NCBI GenBank assembly: GCA_963674745.2
Contig: CAXXDV010000001.1
Span: 1,152,001 to 1,216,000, forward strand
Reading direction: 5' to 3'
Length of the DNA: 64,000 nucleotides
Source of the DNA: Desulfosudaceae bacterium
GTDB taxonomy: Bacteria; Desulfobacterota; Desulfobacteria; Desulfobacterales; Desulfosudaceae
Both the position numbers and the translations under genes were made by a program. The notes below the pieces were generated by a model that saw only the letters and a program-made list of their open reading frames with translations, ran no database searches and was not told where the DNA came from. Positions within the stretch are counted from its first letter, which is position 1. Each line of letters opens with the position of its first letter. Positions 50,210 through 59,883 of the stretch are shown one piece after another.

Positions 50210-51636
50210 TAAACAAGCTCCCTTTTCAGCTTGTTTAATATTTCATCGCTTTTCTTAAATGAAGCATGTAACATATCTATGAGTTCGGCTGTAGTAAGCG
50301 TATCTTCTTCCGTTGCTTTGTGGGGATTCTTGATGTCCAGATCCCAGCCCCGATTGACGATGTTCTCAATGGGCACTTTCCAGGCGAGCTCTGATTCTTT
50401 GCGTTTGTTCCACCATTTTTTGATTGGATCAAATTCCTCGACTTTGATGGGCCTGGTTTTGCTATAGGACTTCTGGTCTTTGGGAAGCTGGTGTTCATAA
50501 TACCAGACTTCTTTGGTGGGTCTACCTTTTTCAAAAAAAAGCAGGTTGGTGGCAACAGAAGCATAGGGCTTAAACACCGAGTTGGGCAGGCGGACAATCG
50601 TATGTAAGTTGCAGTCGGTGAGCCATTTTTCCCGAACACGCTGCTTGACCCCGTCACCAGTCAGGGAGCCGTCCGGCAGCACAATGCCGGCTCGACCGCC
50701 GCTTTTCAACAACCGGATCATTAAAATCAAAAACAGGTCGGCAGATTCCTTGGTGCGAAAATTTTTAGGAAAGTTTGCTTCATACCCATTGGCCACCACA
50801 CCACCAAATGGCGGGTTAGTCAGGATGACATCGACTTTGTCGGCCTGCCTATATTCGTTTAACGGCCGGCTTAACGAATCGTCAAACGAAAGGCGGGGAA
50901 CTTCCATGTCGTGAAGAATTAAATTGGTGGTAGCCAATAAAAATGGCAACGGTTTGTATTCCCAGCCGCAAACATTTTCCTGTAGCTTTTTACGCTGTGA
51001 GGCTCGGGTAATCTGTTGTTTCAAATGCTCGATGGTACAGGTGAGAAAGCCACCGGTGCCGCAAGCCGGATCCAGGATTTTCTCTCCCAGCTGGGGGTCG
51101 ATCATATCAGTAATAAACTGTGTGACCGCCCGGGGGGTATAAAACTCACCGCTTTTGCCGGCGCTTTGCAATTCCTTTAATATGCCTTCATAAATATCAC
51201 CAAACAGATGACGTTCTTCGGCCACATTAAAATCCAGTTCATTGAGCTTGTTCAGCACCCGGCGAAGGTTAATGCCGGACTTCATATAATTATGGTTGCC
51301 GTCAAACACGCTTCGAATGATTAACGCCCGTTTGTTGCCGGTAGAAACATCCAGATTTTTTAAATCCGGAAAGAGCTTCTGATCAACAAAGGCGAGCAAT
51401 TCATCGCCGGTCATACCCTCGTCATCACCAGCCCAGTTGTCCCAGTGATATGTCGCCGGCAAGGGCGAAACATAGTTTTCCTCCAGCAGTTCCAGTTCTT
51501 TTTCCTTGTCCGACAATACTTTTAAAAATATCATCCAGCCCAGTTGTTCGATGCGCTGAGCGTCTCCGTTTAAACCGGTGTCTTCCCACATGATGTTTCG
51601 GATGGTTTTCATCAATCCGCTTAAGTTCAGGCTCAT
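50209..51636 (-). CDS. hsdM: Type I R-M N6-adenine methyltransferase
   Basis: GEFYTPR, DPACGTGGF and NPPF motifs. Confidence 0.95.
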   Translation of the reverse strand: MSLNLSGLMKTIRNIMWEDTGLNGDAQRIEQLGWMIFLKVLSDKEKELELLEENYVSPLPATYHWDNWAGDDEGMTGDELLAFVDQKLFPDLKNLDVSTGNKRALIIRSVFDGNHNYMKSGINLRRVLNKLNELDFNVAEERHLFGDIYEGILKELQSAGKSGEFYTPRAVTQFITDMIDPQLGEKILDPACGTGGFLTCTIEHLKQQITRASQRKKLQENVCGWEYKPLPFLLATTNLILHDMEVPRLSFDDSLSRPLNEYRQADKVDVILTNPPFGGVVANGYEANFPKNFRTKESADLFLILMIRLLKSGGRAGIVLPDGSLTGDGVKQRVREKWLTDCNLHTIVRLPNSVFKPYASVATNLLFFEKGRPTKEVWYYEHQLPKDQKSYSKTRPIKVEEFDPIKKWWNKRKESELAWKVPIENIVNRGWDLDIKNPHKATEEDTLTTAELIDMLHASFKKSDEILNKLKRELV

Positions 51637-51639
51637 TTA

Positions 51640-54144
51640 CTATGCTGCTCCTGTTGTGTATATCTCTTGTTCAAGCTCATTGACCGCTTTAACATAATCG
51701 GCTTTTTCACCAAATTCTCGAATGATCTGTATAGGGGATCCAAATCGGTCAAAGGGTGTAATTTTTAAAATGCTTATATCTTCGATCTGGCTGATACCTT
51801 CATCCGCGTATTTGTCTAATAGAGATTCAAGCACCTTACGTGCGCTTTCGCCGTATTTTGTGAAATAATTTCGCTTTTTAACGTTATTGGCCCGCTCTTT
51901 TCGGGTTAGCGGCGGCATGTCCCAGGCCACATGACAGATAATGTCAAACAGATCACACTCCCGATTAACTGCTTCCAACAGGTCATCCACCAGCACTCCT
52001 TGCTCCCGCAGTTCCTCAACAATGACCTGTTTTTTCTCCGCACCGGTCCATTGACGCAGGAATTCATCTAGACTCCGATATTGGTGTAAAATCTGTTGGC
52101 GAGTAAACTCCTTTAGGCTCATGGTAATTGGTCTGCCTTCCTGGTCAAAATATATTTCACGGGAATATAATTCACTGACGTCCACACCATTGACAAAAAC
52201 CTTGTTAGCCGTCGATCTTACACTTGTGTCCGGTTCATCAGTCAAACCTTCCGGGATTTCCGGATAATCCGTTGATTCAGTATCTTGACCCGGCAACTCC
52301 TCAAAACCGGTTATTTCTTCACCGTCTTCTTCGTCAAGAATAGAGATTTCCGCATTTTCTTCTTCTGTTTCAATATCGCTTATATTTTCATCTTCTTGAA
52401 CCTGTTTAATACGGACCGGGTCGCCGTCAAACGCTGGGTCTGAAAATAGGTCTGTGACATTGCGAAAATCAAGAATCGTAAAATACCTTTTGCCATACTC
52501 TTCGTTAATTCGTGTTCCCCGACCGATAATCTGTTTAAACTCGGTCATGGATTTGATATTGCTGTCCAGCACAATTAGTTTACAGGTCTGTGCATCGATA
52601 CCGGTATTCATGAGTTTTGAAGTGGTAGCGATAACGGGGTGGCACTGATCCGGGTCGATAAAATTATCCAACTCCCGCTTGCCTTCTTCGTCATCCCCGG
52701 TGATTTTCATTACATATTTATCATTTTCTTTAACAAGATCGGCGTTGGCGTTACTGATTTCCCGGCGCATACCGTCCGCATGTTCAATGTCCTGGCAGAA
52801 GACAATCGTTTTTGCAAACCGGTCCGTGCCCTTTAAAAATTCGGTAATCTTTCGAGCCACCAATTCCCGGCGCTCATCAACCACAAGGTTCCTGTCAAAA
52901 TCCGAGCGGTTGTAAAGACGGTCCTCAACGGGATCGCCATTCTTATCCAGATAACCAGCAGGCGGCCGCCAGCCATCGAGGTCAATATCTATACCAATAC
53001 GCACCACGCGGTAAGGCGCAAGAAATCCGTCGCTGATACCCTGACGGAGTGAATAAACGGAAATGGGATCACCAAAATATTCGATATTTGAAACCTCGCT
53101 GGTTTCCTTGGGTGTGGCGGTAAGACCAATATGGGTAGCACTGCTGAAGTAATCCAGAATACGGCGCCAGGCACTATCTTCCGCTGCGCTGCCCCGATGA
53201 CATTCGTCGACAATAACAAGGTCAAAAAAGGAGGGGCTGAAATCTTTATAGGCGTCTTCCGTTTCATTAGCATTGGTCAGGCCCTGGTAAAGGCCAAGAT
53301 ATATTTCATAAGCCTTATCTGATGAATCTATGCCTCGTTTCTTGTTTGAAACCAGAAACTCTTTCCCATCATCTCTAGTGATCACAGTTTTTTTGATGAC
53401 GGTCATTTTGTCTTTGAAATGTTTAAAATCATTTCTGCGAGGCTGATCAATAAGTGCTGTCCGATCGGCTAAAAAAAGTATTCTTTTTTTTGCGCCGGAT
53501 TTCCACAAGCGATGAATTATCTGAAATGCAGTATAGGTTTTTCCGGTTCCGGTGGCCATAACCAGCAGAATCCGATTTTCTCCTCTGGCGATTGCTTCGA
53601 CTGTTCGGTTAATGGCGATCTGTTGATAATAGCGTGGGGTTTTCCCGCTGCCGTCAAAAAAATAATCCTGGGAGGCGATCCTTTCTTGTTCCGGGGTATT
53701 GATGCCCTTGTATTTTTTATAAATCTTCCAGAGTTCAGCTGGGCCGGGAAACTGGTCGTTGGTCAATTCTTTTTCTATGATTTCCTTTGCGGTGCGGTCG
53801 TGGAAGATAAACCCATCACCGTTGCTGCTAAAAACACAGGGGATGTCCAGAATCCGGGCATATTCCAATGCCTGCTGCATACCGGCACCAATTGGATGGT
53901 TATTCTCCTTGGCCTCGATAACCGCAACAGGGATATTGGGCTTATAGTATAAAATATAATCCGCACGCTTCCTTTTACCTCGCGCAGTCAAGTGTCCTCG
54001 GACATAAATCCGCCCATCGGTGAAGGGAAACTCTTCCCGGACTTGTGTTTGAATATTCCACCCAGCCTGTTCTATGGCAGGAGTGATAAATTTAGTGCAA
54101 ATGTCACGTTCAGTAAGGGATTTTTTATCTGTTTTATCGTTCAT
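51640..54144 (-). CDS. hsdR: Type I R-M restriction subunit (EcoAI/EcoEI-like)
   Basis: ADY.L...IEAK nuclease, MATGTGKT, DECH, TATP and QIIGRGTR motifs; start set at MNDKTD (54144). Confidence 0.95.
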   Translation of the reverse strand: MNDKTDKKSLTERDICTKFITPAIEQAGWNIQTQVREEFPFTDGRIYVRGHLTARGKRKRADYILYYKPNIPVAVIEAKENNHPIGAGMQQALEYARILDIPCVFSSNGDGFIFHDRTAKEIIEKELTNDQFPGPAELWKIYKKYKGINTPEQERIASQDYFFDGSGKTPRYYQQIAINRTVEAIARGENRILLVMATGTGKTYTAFQIIHRLWKSGAKKRILFLADRTALIDQPRRNDFKHFKDKMTVIKKTVITRDDGKEFLVSNKKRGIDSSDKAYEIYLGLYQGLTNANETEDAYKDFSPSFFDLVIVDECHRGSAAEDSAWRRILDYFSSATHIGLTATPKETSEVSNIEYFGDPISVYSLRQGISDGFLAPYRVVRIGIDIDLDGWRPPAGYLDKNGDPVEDRLYNRSDFDRNLVVDERRELVARKITEFLKGTDRFAKTIVFCQDIEHADGMRREISNANADLVKENDKYVMKITGDDEEGKRELDNFIDPDQCHPVIATTSKLMNTGIDAQTCKLIVLDSNIKSMTEFKQIIGRGTRINEEYGKRYFTILDFRNVTDLFSDPAFDGDPVRIKQVQEDENISDIETEEENAEISILDEEDGEEITGFEELPGQDTESTDYPEIPEGLTDEPDTSVRSTANKVFVNGVDVSELYSREIYFDQEGRPITMSLKEFTRQQILHQYRSLDEFLRQWTGAEKKQVIVEELREQGVLVDDLLEAVNRECDLFDIICHVAWDMPPLTRKERANNVKKRNYFTKYGESARKVLESLLDKYADEGISQIEDISILKITPFDRFGSPIQIIREFGEKADYVKAVNELEQEIYTTGAA

Positions 54145-54278
54145 TTGAATATAATATTTGCATAGAACGTAATAATTTGAAAGTATTATAATTAAACTCA
54201 ATATTATTACAAATTTAAATTGAGTTAAAGGCTAACTTATAATTACTTCTGCATTATTATATCCAATTTGAGGTTATA

Positions 54279-54650
54279 ATGGGTTCTCACACTCGCAAAT
54301 CGACTTCAGTTAAAAGACAAAAAACCGTAAAAGAGACCCCTTCTAATCGTCCAGATAACATCGGTAAACGGCGCCGGATCACTTCAATTTGGGGAACAAA
54401 ACGATACATGGTTATTGAAGATGAGATACTTCATCAACAATCCAATGCACCCAATAAGCTGATTGCTTTTCAGCGTATTCGATTTGAAGATGATAATCAG
54501 ATTGAGTACCGACTTGGATATTACATGATTGGCGTGAAACCTGGAGCAAAGGGTCGGTGGGTGTGGGGGCAGTTTTGTCTTCTACTCCCTGAACGTGATC
54601 TTAAAGCGATTATGAAAAAAGCTGAAAAGAAAGGATGGTTTAAATTTTGA
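54279..54650 (+). CDS. Hypothetical protein
   Basis: GAGG RBS; 123-aa ORF with YRLGYY and WVWGQF. Confidence 0.6.
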   Translation: MGSHTRKSTSVKRQKTVKETPSNRPDNIGKRRRITSIWGTKRYMVIEDEILHQQSNAPNKLIAFQRIRFEDDNQIEYRLGYYMIGVKPGAKGRWVWGQFCLLLPERDLKAIMKKAEKKGWFKF

Positions 54651-54681
54651 GTGAAAATAGCGGTTGATTTATTTTTATTGG

Positions 54682-54945
54682 TTATTTCAGAAACGCTCTG
54701 ATCTTTTCTCCCATATCATCTGCTATCGTTTTACATGTAGTTTGTATTTGGGGTTCTAATTCATCCGGATCGTTTCCATATTCTCTATAGAGTCCGGAAG
54801 CCATAAGGCTGGCTATAAAGACCGTAACGGTATTGTAAATCTGCTGTTCATCAGTTCCATCTATACCTATTTTTTTAAATAATTGGCCAAAGGCGTTAAA
54901 CAGTTGATCAAGGTCCATTTCGAAACCGTCAATATCGATTATCAT
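54682..54945 (-). CDS. Hypothetical protein
   Basis: 87-aa ORF with AAGGA upstream. Confidence 0.45.
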   Translation of the reverse strand: MIIDIDGFEMDLDQLFNAFGQLFKKIGIDGTDEQQIYNTVTVFIASLMASGLYREYGNDPDELEPQIQTTCKTIADDMGEKIRAFLK

Positions 54946-55115
54946 AGGAGATTCCTTTGTGGGAGATTATGGTTCAGGTAAATTAAAGTGAATCGGATAA
55001 AACCGGTCTTTCCTTTTTGGTGATCTTTTAGAGCTCAAAAGCCTTATAGTGATAAGCTGATTAAATAAATAAACTTTTTAAATTTCCAATAAAGTTAAGA
55101 TTTCAATCTTAAAAA

Positions 55116-55137
55116 CGTGGGCGGCGGGAGTCGAACC
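55116..55137 (-). other. tRNA/tmRNA 3'-end-like fragment, possible relic att site
   Basis: Minus strand GGTTCGACTCCCGCCGCCCACG: a T-loop plus acceptor-side sequence, GC-rich within AT-rich DNA, with no 5' half. Confidence 0.45.
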
Positions 55138-55200
55138 AAACACCTGGGATACTATCTATCTGATTTAACCTTATATTTTGTGATTGTTTAACTGTTCTAT

Positions 55201-56355
55201 TTAAATACGACTAAAGTCCCTTAGTGCTTGACGCCATGGCCTGAGCCAGCGACCATCATTTCGAGGTTCGTCCATAAGTATATCTTCATCCTCAATATCT
55301 TGCCAATTGCGTTCCGCAGAAATTAACCATTCCCTTACCAAGGATAGTCCATCATCAGTAACATCTTGCTCTGTTTTTCCAAACCAACTTAAATATTGAC
55401 GCCAGCTTTTTGCTACCCACGCTTGATCGGGATTTTCATCTAAATGATTCAATACTGCTATTCCTGAACTACTACCAGAATGGTTTCCACCTATAAGATG
55501 TCCGAAGTTATTATTCTGAAGACGGCGAATATCTGCTTCTCTAAGAAATGCTAATAAGTTATGTTCAAACCAGTATGGTAATTGACCGCCACCTCCACCG
55601 GGAGGTTCTTCAAACCGTGATGTTGTAAATCTTCTCAGATTGAAATATTTACTTGTACAACAATTAGTTGCTCCTGCTGCTTTAAACAAAATCATATCCG
55701 ATGATGAATATGCCACTGTAACTGGCGCAGATCGTTCGAGTAAGGAGATTAATAACATTAAATTTAATAACCCGTCAGAATCGGTTATTTCTCTGCGGGG
55801 TTCAATATCAGTATAAACAACGATATAAAACCCATCCGTATCATATCTCGTTAGAATACTAGCGATTTCTCTTACGTGGTCTCCATTTTCTAACTCAGCG
55901 AGTGAAACTAAACAAGTTGTAAAAACATCAATACCAGAAGGAATACGGTTGTCAAAAATATGGCTTACTTCGGTGCAGGTGTCATAAAAATCTAAACTAA
56001 ATCTTCTTGGCATTAATACTGGAGAGATAACTGCATCTATATCCAGTTCTTCTGAAAATTTAGCTAGCTCGTCTATCACTTCATTCCATCCTTCAGGGGT
56101 ACTAAAATCTGCGGTATCAAAAACCTCGGGGAAATATGGCTGAAGGATTAGATTTTCTCGCTCCGCTCTAGGATAGTACAATTGGGGATCAAGTATTATA
56201 TCATAACTTCCTCTCTCTCTAAAAATTGGAATGTCTTCTCGCAGCCTATCAGGGTCCCGGTTTACGGGACTTAAAATAATACCCTCAAACTCTTCAAGGT
56301 CTTCCTCTCCAACTAAATTCTCAGTATTATGCCCCATTTGTAAATATGCGCTCAT
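55201..56355 (-). CDS. Uncharacterised acidic 384-aa protein, possibly TIM-barrel (beta-protein/sce7725-like)
   Basis: LQMGHN, GIILSP, ILDPQLYYP and AVISP motifs with alternating beta/alpha pattern; ATGA overlap with the kinase. Confidence 0.7.
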   Translation of the reverse strand: MSAYLQMGHNTENLVGEEDLEEFEGIILSPVNRDPDRLREDIPIFRERGSYDIILDPQLYYPRAERENLILQPYFPEVFDTADFSTPEGWNEVIDELAKFSEELDIDAVISPVLMPRRFSLDFYDTCTEVSHIFDNRIPSGIDVFTTCLVSLAELENGDHVREIASILTRYDTDGFYIVVYTDIEPRREITDSDGLLNLMLLISLLERSAPVTVAYSSSDMILFKAAGATNCCTSKYFNLRRFTTSRFEEPPGGGGGQLPYWFEHNLLAFLREADIRRLQNNNFGHLIGGNHSGSSSGIAVLNHLDENPDQAWVAKSWRQYLSWFGKTEQDVTDDGLSLVREWLISAERNWQDIEDEDILMDEPRNDGRWLRPWRQALRDFSRI

Positions 56356-57224
56356 TTTGTCAGCTCCTTTTTATTTTCTTCCACTTCCTTAAGGATCTGT
56401 TCTGGGTGAGAAAATCTGTCTACTGGCCAAGCTGAAATCATTTTTGGCAAAAATCCACAACCGCATTCCAAAGCTTTTGTGCAGAATACATCGCAGCAAT
56501 CAGCACGGCCCATAACCTTGTCAACTGCTTGGATAGGAGTTTCTCCGTCCCCTTGATAAGGGTGTTTTCCGATTAGACAAAAACCCAATACAACACCTAT
56601 TGAAAATTGATCGGAACGCCAATCAATTAGTTTTTTTTCATTATTCAATTGTTCCGGCGAAGCATATAAAGGAGTTCCTGGGCCATGATTTAGGTGGGTA
56701 CGTGTTAAGGAAACATCTGTAAGGATTCGCACCAATCCAAAGTCAACAATAACAGGATGTTCGTTTTCAGCTCTAAACATTATGTTTTCAGGTTTGATAT
56801 CACGATGTACAAGTGATTTTTCTTTTAAATGTGAAATTGCTTTTATGAGTGCTGTGCAATAATCACAAATTTGTGCAGGTATGGGATTGGCCTCAAGCAA
56901 CTTATCTGCCAGTGTTCCTCCTGAAAAATACTCCTCTAGTACAAATAAAAAAGTGACATCATCTTCAGTTTTGTGACGTCCCCATCCATATAATTTTCCT
57001 ATAAAATCAGAGTCACACTGCTTCATTGCCTCAATTTCTCTTTCAGCCCTAAATAAATTACATTTATCAGGGTCGAAAATCTTAAGGGCCACAGGAAAGT
57101 TATCTTTTGTTCTAGTCAAATAGGCTTCCTTATATGCGCCATGACCAATATATGACGGTTCTGTAAAAGAATGTTCATCACAAATTCCTTGTGCTATGGC
57201 TTTAAAACGTTCTTCCTCTGGCAT
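56352..57224 (-). CDS. Hanks-type Ser/Thr protein kinase
   Basis: IGHGAYKEAY, VALK, REIE, HRDIKPEN, DFG, GTPLYASPEQ and DQFSIG motifs. Confidence 0.93.
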   Translation of the reverse strand: MPEEERFKAIAQGICDEHSFTEPSYIGHGAYKEAYLTRTKDNFPVALKIFDPDKCNLFRAEREIEAMKQCDSDFIGKLYGWGRHKTEDDVTFLFVLEEYFSGGTLADKLLEANPIPAQICDYCTALIKAISHLKEKSLVHRDIKPENIMFRAENEHPVIVDFGLVRILTDVSLTRTHLNHGPGTPLYASPEQLNNEKKLIDWRSDQFSIGVVLGFCLIGKHPYQGDGETPIQAVDKVMGRADCCDVFCTKALECGCGFLPKMISAWPVDRFSHPEQILKEVEENKKELTK

Positions 57225-57643
57225 TAGCCTTCTCCGTTCATATACTTAACAGCTATTTCTGTAAGCCAAGGACGCAAAGGCTCTGCACATTTAGCCTTTA
57301 TTTCAATATTAATTCCCGATTCATCTACAGAAATCAAACCGATACCGCGCCTGACAAATTCATGTGTCTGTTTAGCAGCTCTTAATGCTGTGGTTGAAGG
57401 GACAACCACATATGAATAATGTGCAAAGCTTGAATTTCTATATGCCTGATACAAAGCTTGTTTCCACTTTTCCAGTTTCATTTCAAAAGCTATCAAATTG
57501 TCATTTTGATCACTTATAATTACATCGGTACGGCCCTCTTTATAGTAAAACTCCTCTGCTATGCATTTGAGGGTAAAGGGTGAACCCTCATCCTCTAATG
57601 CGGTATTGAAAATTTGTGTGAGGTTACGCTCATTTTCAAACAT
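57224..57643 (-). CDS. PD-(D/E)xK restriction-like nuclease-fold protein (MmcB/sce7726-like)
   Basis: EEF...GRTDVI...IAFEMKL..W..A..QAY.N...AHYSYV and GIGLI motifs; TAATG overlap with the kinase. Confidence 0.75.
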   Translation of the reverse strand: MFENERNLTQIFNTALEDEGSPFTLKCIAEEFYYKEGRTDVIISDQNDNLIAFEMKLEKWKQALYQAYRNSSFAHYSYVVVPSTTALRAAKQTHEFVRRGIGLISVDESGINIEIKAKCAEPLRPWLTEIAVKYMNGEG

Positions 57644-57795
57644 ATATTCGCCTATAATAATATATCTTATGATTATATATTGTGTTGAGACAAAGCCAAC
57701 ATCATTCAATATTTTTGGGTTATATGCAGCTTTTGCATGCAGCTATCACTCAAATTCCCCTTTGATTTATTCCTTTTTAGTGACTAACAATTTAA

Positions 57796-59129
57796 GGTTC
57801 TTCTCCCAATTAGTGGGAGGAGTTAAGCTGCTAATAAAAAATGGACATCATCAGTTCTTTCTTCTATCCAGAAAGTTGAGAGACAATTCTGGAAGAAAGG
57901 AGACCGATGATGTCCGCTATGAGTATAAAGCCCTATCTCCCTTTTTGTCGAGTCCGTTTTACAAAACAAACGGTTTCTGACGCCGGAGATATGGCGATGA
58001 TAATTGCCGAGCCAGACGAGCGCTATCGCCCTATTTGTTATAGTTGCGGCAGCCCGGCTCAAGGCGTTCATGACCAGGCCAGACGTCCGTTGCGGGATTT
58101 GAACCTTGGGGCCGCAAATGTATGGATCAACTGCAGATATCGTAAAATTTATTGCCCCCGTTGCCAGGGTATTCGGGTTGAAGACCTGGACTTTTTCAAT
58201 CCGTACCAGCGGGTTACCAAAAGACTGGCCCTTTATATCCATGAGTTGTGTAAGATTTTGACGGTCTCTGAAGTGGCCGCGCATTTGGAGCTCAACTGGA
58301 AGACGGTCAAAAATATTGATAAAAACTTTTTGGAAGAATCGTTTGGAAGGACGGACTACAGCGACTTGAGCATACTGGCGGTTGATGAAATCGCCATCCA
58401 TAAAGGCCATACGTATATGACTGTTGTTTTGGACTATCAAACCGGTCGGGTGGTATGGCTTGGCAGGGGCCGATCCGTGGAGACGCTTCAAGTCTTTTTC
58501 GCCGGCATGAGCCAGGAACAGAAACAGGCGCTGGAAGCCATCGCCATGGATATGTGGGATCCTTACATTAAAACGGTTCGAGAGAATGTGCCTCATGTAA
58601 AGATCGTGTTTGATCTTTTTCATGTGGTTCACGCATTTAATAAGGTGATCGACAAAGTTCGAATAGAAGAGTTTAGAAAAGCGACGAAGCCGGACCAGGC
58701 GATATACAAAGGAACCAAGTATTTGCTGCTGTCCAATCCCCAGAATATTCATAGCAGTGAGGCCCGGCAGCATTTGCGGCAGCTTCTTGAAATTAATGAA
58801 ACCATATCTACGGTCATGATTTTGAAAGATTGTCTGAAGCGAATATGGGACTATCAAAAAAGGGGCTGGGCCAAAAAGAGATTGGATGAATGGTGTGCCC
58901 TGGCCAGAACGGTGAGCCACAGGCCCGTACAGAAATTTGCCGACATGCTTGAAAGGCACGCTTACGGCATCCTGAACCATTGCGATTATCCGATTCATAC
59001 CAGTAAAATAGAAGGTGTTAATAATAAAATTAAGGTCATAAAACGAAAATCCTATGGATTTCATGACGATAGATACTTTACATTAAAGGTCATACAGGCC
59101 TTTTCCTCCCACTAATTGGGAGAAGAACC
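57796..59129 (+). mobile_element. ISL3-family insertion sequence, 1334 bp, intact
   Basis: Perfect 26-bp terminal IRs GGTTCTTCTCCCAATTAGTGGGAGGA (57796-57821 / 59104-59129); 8-bp target duplication CAATTTAA (57788-57795 / 59130-59137). Confidence 0.97.
57907..59115 (+). CDS. ISL3 family transposase
   Basis: CYSC/CPRC zinc finger; AVDE, AMDMW, VFDLFHV and EGVNNKIKVIKRKSYGF motifs. Confidence 0.97.
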   Translation: MMSAMSIKPYLPFCRVRFTKQTVSDAGDMAMIIAEPDERYRPICYSCGSPAQGVHDQARRPLRDLNLGAANVWINCRYRKIYCPRCQGIRVEDLDFFNPYQRVTKRLALYIHELCKILTVSEVAAHLELNWKTVKNIDKNFLEESFGRTDYSDLSILAVDEIAIHKGHTYMTVVLDYQTGRVVWLGRGRSVETLQVFFAGMSQEQKQALEAIAMDMWDPYIKTVRENVPHVKIVFDLFHVVHAFNKVIDKVRIEEFRKATKPDQAIYKGTKYLLLSNPQNIHSSEARQHLRQLLEINETISTVMILKDCLKRIWDYQKRGWAKKRLDEWCALARTVSHRPVQKFADMLERHAYGILNHCDYPIHTSKIEGVNNKIKVIKRKSYGFHDDRYFTLKVIQAFSSH

Positions 59130-59167
59130 CAATTTAATAACCTTGCGCCTATTCTCTAGTGCCTCTG

Positions 59168-59431
59168 TTATCCTCGCAGGATGCCTCTTTGCGTAACGCC
59201 TTGTCTTTTCCGACTTGGTATGCCCCATCTCGTACAAAGACAAGGTCCTTTCTGATCCAGTAGTTGACAGCCGGCTGAATGTCGTACAGCATTATTGAGC
59301 TTACAATTTATCTTTGTCTCTTTGCTGGCCTGCCGCCAGATAGCATTTATATGTTTACTGGTGTAGGATTTGCCATCTTCACGAACATAAACAAATGGTA
59401 AAAAATGTGCTTCCAGGCTGCCCAAAATCAT
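59168..59431 (-). pseudogene. Tyrosine recombinase C-terminal remnant (frameshifted)
   Basis: VRHSAGCQLL (box II), then GH...TRRYA in another frame; no N-terminal domain. Confidence 0.6.
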
Positions 59432-59883
59432 TTTTGCCTATTCGGTCAATTCAAAAGAATGATTACCTCTACTGATAATCTCATCTCTGATGACTATGAC
59501 ATCCTCAGGTGCTTCTATTCCGAGTTTTACCTGGTCTTGTTTTTTTGTGGTTTTAATGACTTTGATTTATTAGAATTTTATAACCGATTCTTGTGTTTTG
59601 TCAATGGATTATCGTAAATTTAACATAAGATCTTGTGCTTAAGCCGATAATGTCACAAAATATCGATTCGAATTTTAAATAAGAGATAAGGGGTATAATT
59701 GATGAGCTTAAGAGGTTTCTCAACTCTATGTCTTTTGTGGCAACATATTTTAGAAAACCCATTCCCCAGAAATGAGTCTTCTTATTATAATTCTTCTTGG
59801 TTTCAGTTGATTCAAAGGATTAATAGCGGTGAAAAATCGGTTATATAATAATTTTTCATGATTTAATACATTATCGAGATAAG

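Noticed and set aside
55116..55137. attR of the tRNA-Ala island, or a functional tRNA
   Set aside because: The sequence differs from the tRNA-Ala 3' end (GGTTCGATCCCCCTCAGCTCCA), is on the opposite strand, and has no 5' half.
57823..59064. 413-aa minus-strand ORF
   Set aside because: Antisense shadow of the ISL3 transposase.
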